Shown here: positions 27,272 through 32,000 of the stretch, in pieces | Layout: each line of letters starts with the position of its first letter | How positions within the stretch are numbered: the first letter of the stretch is position 1 | Position numbers and translations under genes: made by a program | NCBI GenBank assembly: GCA_021650915.1 | Contig: CP091279.1 | Coordinates: forward strand, 90,001 to 122,000 | Direction of reading: 5' to 3' | DNA length: 32,000 nucleotides | DNA from: Candidatus Brocadia sp. | GTDB taxonomy: Bacteria > Planctomycetota > Brocadiia > Brocadiales > Brocadiaceae | The notes under the pieces: generated by a model | Databases searched by the model: none | Told to the model about the DNA's origin: nothing | The model's input: only the letters and a program-made list of their open reading frames with translations

Positions 27272-27486
27272 ATGCGTTATTTATGTTAGAAAATAAGGCA
27301 ACAAATATCCCAAGAAAGTCTAAGCGGTATATTGGTGTTAAGTTTGATTGTTGTCACGTATATACAAGGGTTTACATGAATAAAGAAGAAACAGCTTACG
27401 AAGGCAGATGTCCAAAATGTCTGAGACGGATAGGTATTAAAATACATAAGGATGGTGTGAATTATAGGTTTTTTTCAGCAATTTAA
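27268..27486 (+). CDS. small Cys-rich (zinc-ribbon-like) protein, translationally coupled to flgM
   Basis: 72 aa. The GTG start overlaps the flgM stop (GTGA). Cysteines occur in FDCCHVY and GRCPKCLRR. No family name can be assigned from memory. Confidence 0.5.
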   Translation: MNALFMLENKATNIPRKSKRYIGVKFDCCHVYTRVYMNKEETAYEGRCPKCLRRIGIKIHKDGVNYRFFSAI

Positions 27487-27614
27487 AATGGTTATTTGAA
27501 AAAATAACCGGTAGAGTAGAAAAAGAGAGACTTGGTTAAAGAAAAAGCCCTCCAAATATGGTAAAAAAATAGTTTAGATAAAAGAAACTAAACCATAAAG
27601 AAAAGGAGGGCTAT

Positions 27615-27965
27615 ATGGGAGCAACCCTATGCACAGAGAGTATCACAGTAGAATTTGGTTGTCAAATTCGAGTTGAATTAAAGGACGGCAGCTTGGAGTC
27701 GATTCTCAAGGCATTTTGCAAGATACTGCCGGAGATATTAAGGGATTTTATTCAGAAGATCGTGGTTGGTTCTGGTGAGAGTGCGATGGCGCGATCCCTG
27801 AAGCCATTTTGCTGCGACGAGTGTGGGAAAGACAAGGGGTTTATCTGGAAGACGAGGCATGGAAAAGAGACGAAGATACTGACGGTCTTTCAGTGGTTGA
27901 GATTAGAACGGATGTTCACCCCAGGCAAAACACATATTAGTGTTATTGTGTCAGCAATTATGTAG
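27615..27965 (+). pseudogene. putative transposase N-terminal fragment (zinc-ribbon type)
   Basis: 116 aa. KPFCCDECGKDKGFIWKTRHGKETKILTVFQWLRLE resembles the CxxCG..F.WKT..GK...L.T.FG N-terminal region of ISKra4/ISLre2-like transposases. It ends abruptly with no catalytic domain. Confidence 0.35.
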
Positions 27966-28035
27966 TCACTAATATATTGTTATTATTCAACAATATGCTT
28001 GACATGTGTGAATAATATAGTATATTATAGTGGAC

Positions 28036-28143
28036 ATGCATATTGTGGAAAACAAATCAAAATCCGGCAAAAAAATCTATCGCTCCATTCTTTTACGGGA
28101 ATCGTATCGGGAAGACGGAACGGAATATGTCAATGGAAATTAG
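28036..28143 (+). pseudogene. N-terminal stub of a second IS1634-type transposase
   Basis: MHIVENKSKSGKKIYRSILLRESYREDG matches the characteristic IS1634-family N-terminus; compare MFLREKTRTKDGKTHRYWSVVENRR of the intact IS here. It is cut off next to the ISL3 end at about 28160. A TTGACA-16-TATATT promoter-like sequence lies at about 27989-28016. Confidence 0.45.
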
Positions 28144-28684
28144 ACACTTTGAAAAATAAGGTTCTTCTCCCAAGTAGTTTGCAAAAGCTTGTATAATTTT
28201 TAATGAAAAGTACCGTTCGTCATGAAACCCATAAGCTTTTCTTTTGATAACTTTGATCTTATTATTAACCCCTTCGAGTTTACTGGTATGAATTTTATAG
28301 TCGCAGTGATTCAAGATTCCGTAGCTGTATTTTGTAAACATATTTGCAAATTTATTCACGACGGAATAGTTGAGCGTTTTCGCTAAGAGGCTCCATTCAT
28401 CAATGGCTTTTCTCGCCCACGTCCGTGAGGTATAGGTCCAAATATGTTTGAGTTTATCTTTAAGAATCAGAACGGTATTTATGGTTTCATTAAGCGACAA
28501 GAGCTGCTTGAGATGTTCTCGGTGTTTTTTCCTGCGAATATTTCGTTTATTTTTTAACAAAAGATATTTTGAACCCTTGATGACGTCCTTATCCTTCTTC
28601 GATGCTTTTTGATATTCAGCATTTCTCACCTTGTCAATAACTTTACCAAAACTTGAAACCACATGAAACAGGTCAAAGACTATC
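28093..28684 (-). pseudogene. ISL3-family transposase, C-terminal part, interrupted by the IS1634-type element
   Basis: The C-terminus LEGVNNKIKVIKRKAYGFHDERYFSLKIIQAF is the ISL3 signature. The frame continues up to the IS junction as IVFDLFHVV. A further 23 nt of the gene lies at 30700..30722. Confidence 0.8.
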
Positions 28685-28688
28685 TTAG

Positions 28689-30695
28689 CCCGACTTTCGC
28701 AATTCGCGCCTAAAAAAGTTTATTTTTGGGCAAGAGTCGCCAGGAAACCCGTGATATTCAAGGGGTGAATTTTAAAAACGGCTTGTAGTGCCGACCTACC
28801 CTCTTGACGCATGCAGGAGGAAGTGCGAAAATGCTCGCATGTTTCTCCGGGAAAAGACACGAACGAAGGATGGGAAAACCCACCGGTATTGGAGTGTGGT
28901 AGAGAACCGCCGGGTTACCGGAAGAAGGGTGGTGCAGCGGCAGGTTCTCTATTTGGGAGAACTCAATGACAATCAACGGGCTGGGTGGATTCGGACGATA
29001 GAGGCGGTGTCGGGTAAAGAACCGAAACCAAGACAACTGGCATTGTTTCCGGATGACCGGGAAGCCATGCCGATACCGGATGGTGAGACAGTTCGGGTGA
29101 GGTTGGACAAAATAGAGCTGCGCCATCCACGGGAGTGGGGAGCAAGCTGGTTGGGATTGTATGTATGGAATATGCTGGAACTGGACACATTCTGGAGGAT
29201 GCGTCTGCCGTCAAGCCGGAAGGGGACAAGCTGGTTGAATATACTGAAGGCGCTTGTCTGTTACCGGTTGATCGATCCGGGAAGCGAATTTCGTTTTCAC
29301 CGTGAGTGGTACGTGCGCAGCGCAACAGGCGATCTGCTGGGAGAGGATTATTCCCTGGCGCAGAAGGACAAGGCGTATCGTTGTTTGGATTTGTTGCTTG
29401 AGCATCGGGACGAGCTGTTTGCCTATTTAAAGGAGAAGTGGGGCAAGCTCTTTGGGGCGAAGTACGATGTGCTGCTGTATGATTTGACGAGTACGTATTT
29501 TGAAAGTGACCCACCTCCGGCTGTATCGGGAAGTAAGAAGCGTTTTGGATACAGTCGGGACAACCGTTCGGATTGCGTGCAGGTGGTAGTGGCATTGGTG
29601 TTAACGCCGGAAGGATTTCCCGTGGCCTACGAAGTGTATCCGGGCAATACCAGAGACACCGCAACGCTGGAGGAATTTCTGGATCGGATTGAAAAGCAGT
29701 ATGGGAAATTCCGGCGCACCTGGCTTATGGATCGCGGTATTCCAACGGAGGAGATGTTGGAAAAGATGCGTGAGCGCGGGATTGATTATTTGGTTGGGAC
29801 TCCGAAGGGACATTTGACGCGAGTAGAAAAACCGCTACTCGAACAAACCTGGATGCAGGCGAGGGAGAGTGTCCGCGTGAAAGTTCTTCGGCAGGAATCG
29901 GAGTTTTACGTTTACGTGGAAAGCCATGACCGGGTGTCTAAGGAGCGTGCCATGCGTAGGCGCAGACTCAGACGTTTGTGGATGGGCCTGCGCGAACTTC
30001 GCAATCGAAAAGCCCTCACGCGCGATGACCTGCTCATGCATATTGGCGCGTTAAAGAAAGAAGCCGGACGAGACTACAGACTGGTCACGATCTCCATTCC
30101 CAAACCGCAGGAACCGGTCAATGAGAATACGTTCCGGTTCAGTTTGGATCGGGAACGCCTGAGGCAGGCGTATCGGCGCGAGGGGCGTTATTTGCTTCGT
30201 TCCAACATGCAGGCCACCGCGCCAGAAACCGTCTGGGAAAATTATTTGCTGTTGACACGGATAGAACAGGCATTTAAGGACTTGAAGGGGTCTCTTTCCG
30301 TCCGCCCCCTATGGCATCAATTGGAACGGAGAATTGAAGCCCATATCTTTGTTTCCTTTTTGGCTTTTTGTCTCCACACGACACTGCGCAATCTTGCGCG
30401 GGGGAGGGCCGGAGGGCTGACGTCTGAAGCGATTTTGGAAAAACTGTCGGGCATTCAAATGATAGACGTTCATTTACCGACCACGGATGGCCGTCATATT
30501 GTCATGAGCCGTTATACCCAGCCGGAGAAGGACGTTTTACTCCTTTTGGCGCAGTTGGGATTAACGCTTCCTGAACAACCGCCGCCCAAGGTTTACGCAT
30601 CCGGACAGGTCGGCCTGTAGTGCCGACCTTTTTACATGACCCCTTGATTTTCCTGGCTTAGCGGGTTGTATACCCCTCGAATTGCGAAAGTCGGG
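28689..30695 (+). mobile_element. intact IS1634-type insertion sequence (2007 bp)
   Basis: 18-bp terminal inverted repeats CCCGACTTTCGCAATTCG. It holds a single long transposase ORF. TTAG is found on both flanks (28685-28688 and 30696-30699). A subterminal direct repeat TGTAGTGCCGACCT occurs at 28780 and 30614. Confidence 0.9.
28839..30620 (+). CDS. IS1634-family (IS4-related) DDE transposase
   Basis: 593 aa counted from ATG 28839 (MFLREKTRTKDGKTHRYWSVVENRR). DDE-type core with YDLTSTYFE, WLMDRGI and YLLRSN...IEQAFKDLKG. The ORF track starts at GTG 28788. Confidence 0.9.
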   Translation: MFLREKTRTKDGKTHRYWSVVENRRVTGRRVVQRQVLYLGELNDNQRAGWIRTIEAVSGKEPKPRQLALFPDDREAMPIPDGETVRVRLDKIELRHPREWGASWLGLYVWNMLELDTFWRMRLPSSRKGTSWLNILKALVCYRLIDPGSEFRFHREWYVRSATGDLLGEDYSLAQKDKAYRCLDLLLEHRDELFAYLKEKWGKLFGAKYDVLLYDLTSTYFESDPPPAVSGSKKRFGYSRDNRSDCVQVVVALVLTPEGFPVAYEVYPGNTRDTATLEEFLDRIEKQYGKFRRTWLMDRGIPTEEMLEKMRERGIDYLVGTPKGHLTRVEKPLLEQTWMQARESVRVKVLRQESEFYVYVESHDRVSKERAMRRRRLRRLWMGLRELRNRKALTRDDLLMHIGALKKEAGRDYRLVTISIPKPQEPVNENTFRFSLDRERLRQAYRREGRYLLRSNMQATAPETVWENYLLLTRIEQAFKDLKGSLSVRPLWHQLERRIEAHIFVSFLAFCLHTTLRNLARGRAGGLTSEAILEKLSGIQMIDVHLPTTDGRHIVMSRYTQPEKDVLLLLAQLGLTLPEQPPPKVYASGQVGL

Positions 30696-30792
30696 TTAGC
30701 CTGTGCAGGCCAAAACCACCGCGGCTATCAGGTTGAAATTCCTCAACGGTAAAATGAGATGCCGCTCTGTGTGAAAGAGCCGGATGGATACT

Positions 30793-31509
30793 TCATTTCA
30801 GGGGTTCGATAATCTCTACCCCTCGTGGCACTTCAAAGATGAACAGCTTGTCAGACATGCCTTTGTTAAGCTTGATATTTTTCAGTTCAATACGATTGAC
30901 CACCTCGCCCGCACTTTCGTAGAGTTCTATCCTGACTGGCAGCCAGAACCCTTCCTCTACCCATAATCGGATATCGGAATATTGAGACTTCTTGTCTTTT
31001 GGCAGGAGATCCAGGATATAGAAGCGCTTCTTGCCCTCATCCATTGTTTCAAACAGGGTGATAGTATAATCTTTTTTTACTGAATGCACCGATTCTCCGT
31101 AACCAAATTCAAAAAAACTCAAACCTTGAGAGGTTTGTTTGTCTCTGTCCATGTCATACTTTTCGACTTGCTTTTCTGCCGGATGATACACCCACACATG
31201 CTTCCCATCCACAACGTTTATCTCATTGCGAGGTGGGTAAAATTTCAGGTACAGCCTCTTGGGTTTTTTATAACTCATCTGGCCCTGGAAGACCTCGGTA
31301 GATTCAAGCAGGGTAATGGTGCGGGTAAAGGTCATGTCAGCCTTCAGGGTCTTGAAGGCATTGTTTGCCTTTTCGATCTCGGCAAGGACCTCGTCGAGGT
31401 TTTTCCCTGGAGTAACCTCTTTTGGCAAGCCACTTCTCTGGAAAAAGAAGACGCACGAGATTAAGACTATAAGTAAAATAAACCTGTTTTTATACACTGA
31501 CTCCTCCAT
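30793..31509 (-). CDS. LolA-like outer-membrane lipoprotein carrier/sorting family protein
   Basis: 238 aa with an N-terminal signal/anchor. FKTLKADMTFTRTITLLESTEVFQGQMSYKKPKRLYLKFYPP...VVDGKHVWVYHP is typical of the LolA/LolB-fold family. Confidence 0.7.
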   Translation of the reverse strand: MEESVYKNRFILLIVLISCVFFFQRSGLPKEVTPGKNLDEVLAEIEKANNAFKTLKADMTFTRTITLLESTEVFQGQMSYKKPKRLYLKFYPPRNEINVVDGKHVWVYHPAEKQVEKYDMDRDKQTSQGLSFFEFGYGESVHSVKKDYTITLFETMDEGKKRFYILDLLPKDKKSQYSDIRLWVEEGFWLPVRIELYESAGEVVNRIELKNIKLNKGMSDKLFIFEVPRGVEIIEPLK

Positions 31510-32000
31510 TCAAGCCTGTGCTCATTTTCTCAAAATGGGTGATGATATCGATGATTTCCCGGATACTCTCTATTTCGAAATCGGGAACCACTTCGGTTTC
31601 TATATACTCTTTATACCGGAGCAGTACCGTCTTGGTTCCTGCCGCCTTGCCGCATAGAATATCATACTTGTAGTCACCCACCATTAAGAGGTGATCGGTA
31701 TGAATATTCATCTTTTTGCTCAGCAAAAAAATGGGGTCAGGGGCCGGCTTTGGTTTGGTGTCTTCCCGGCTCACGATAAATTCAAAATGAAGACAATGTT
31801 TCTGGAGAACGGTTTCCACTGACTTGCGGGAGTTGCGGGTTAAAAGGGCCTTTTTCAGTTGTTTCTTTGAAATATATTCCAGCATTTCCACAACGCCTTC
31901 ATTGAGTTCTGATTCGCTGGCTGCCTGCGCCTCATAACGCTCTAGGATTTCCAGCGCCCTCTTTCGCTCCTCAGGGGTCGATCGTTCCGCATAATCGATA
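31490..32000 (-). CDS. HAD-superfamily hydrolase (subfamily IA, phosphatase-like); 5' end lies outside the window
   Basis: The frame is open to the window edge (IDYAERSTPEERKRALEILERYEAQAASESELNEGVVEML...). HAD motifs: LLTRNSRKS (motif II region), KPKPAPDP and MVGDYKYDILCGKAAG (motif III/IV). Confidence 0.8.
   Translation of the reverse strand, partial: IDYAERSTPEERKRALEILERYEAQAASESELNEGVVEMLEYISKKQLKKALLTRNSRKSVETVLQKHCLHFEFIVSREDTKPKPAPDPIFLLSKKMNIHTDHLLMVGDYKYDILCGKAAGTKTVLLRYKEYIETEVVPDFEIESIREIIDIITHFEKMSTGLNGGVSV

Overview
The window looks like chromosome from an anammox-type planctomycete (Brocadiales-like). This assignment is inferred from gene content only. It holds two octahaem hydroxylamine-oxidoreductase (HAO) family genes. 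One is paired with a dihaem cytochrome c in the arrangement I recall for Kuenenia Kustc0457/Kustc0458. Housekeeping genes are mfd, a SurA/parvulin-like PPIase, an SMR Gdx/SugE exporter, an M1 metallopeptidase, a VOC-fold protein, guaB, cca, a LolA-like protein and a HAD hydrolase. The accessory content is heavy. An IS1634-type element of about 2.0 kb is present twice in direct orientation: one copy is intact and the other is decayed and carries a nested 215-bp hairpin element. There is also a 3'-truncated IS3 element with an A8 slippery site. Remnants of IS66, ISL3 and two further transposases form a 6.4-kb IS graveyard that encloses an orphan flgM and a small zinc-ribbon gene. The most interesting items:
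- a class-I Fic toxin with a VbhA/FicA-like antitoxin, where the Fic motif is atypical (HPFKDFNGRIGR);
- two 109-bp palindromic MITE-like elements bracketing a HEAT/SEC-C gene immediately downstream of that toxin;
- a Tyr-less HAO operon led by an uncharacterised cupredoxin-like secreted protein;
- a strikingly eukaryote-like IMPDH;
- a filled-site/empty-site pair that documents transposition of a TIR-less hairpin element.
I found no rRNA, tRNA or CRISPR array. All family assignments come from reading motifs in the translations; no database search was possible.
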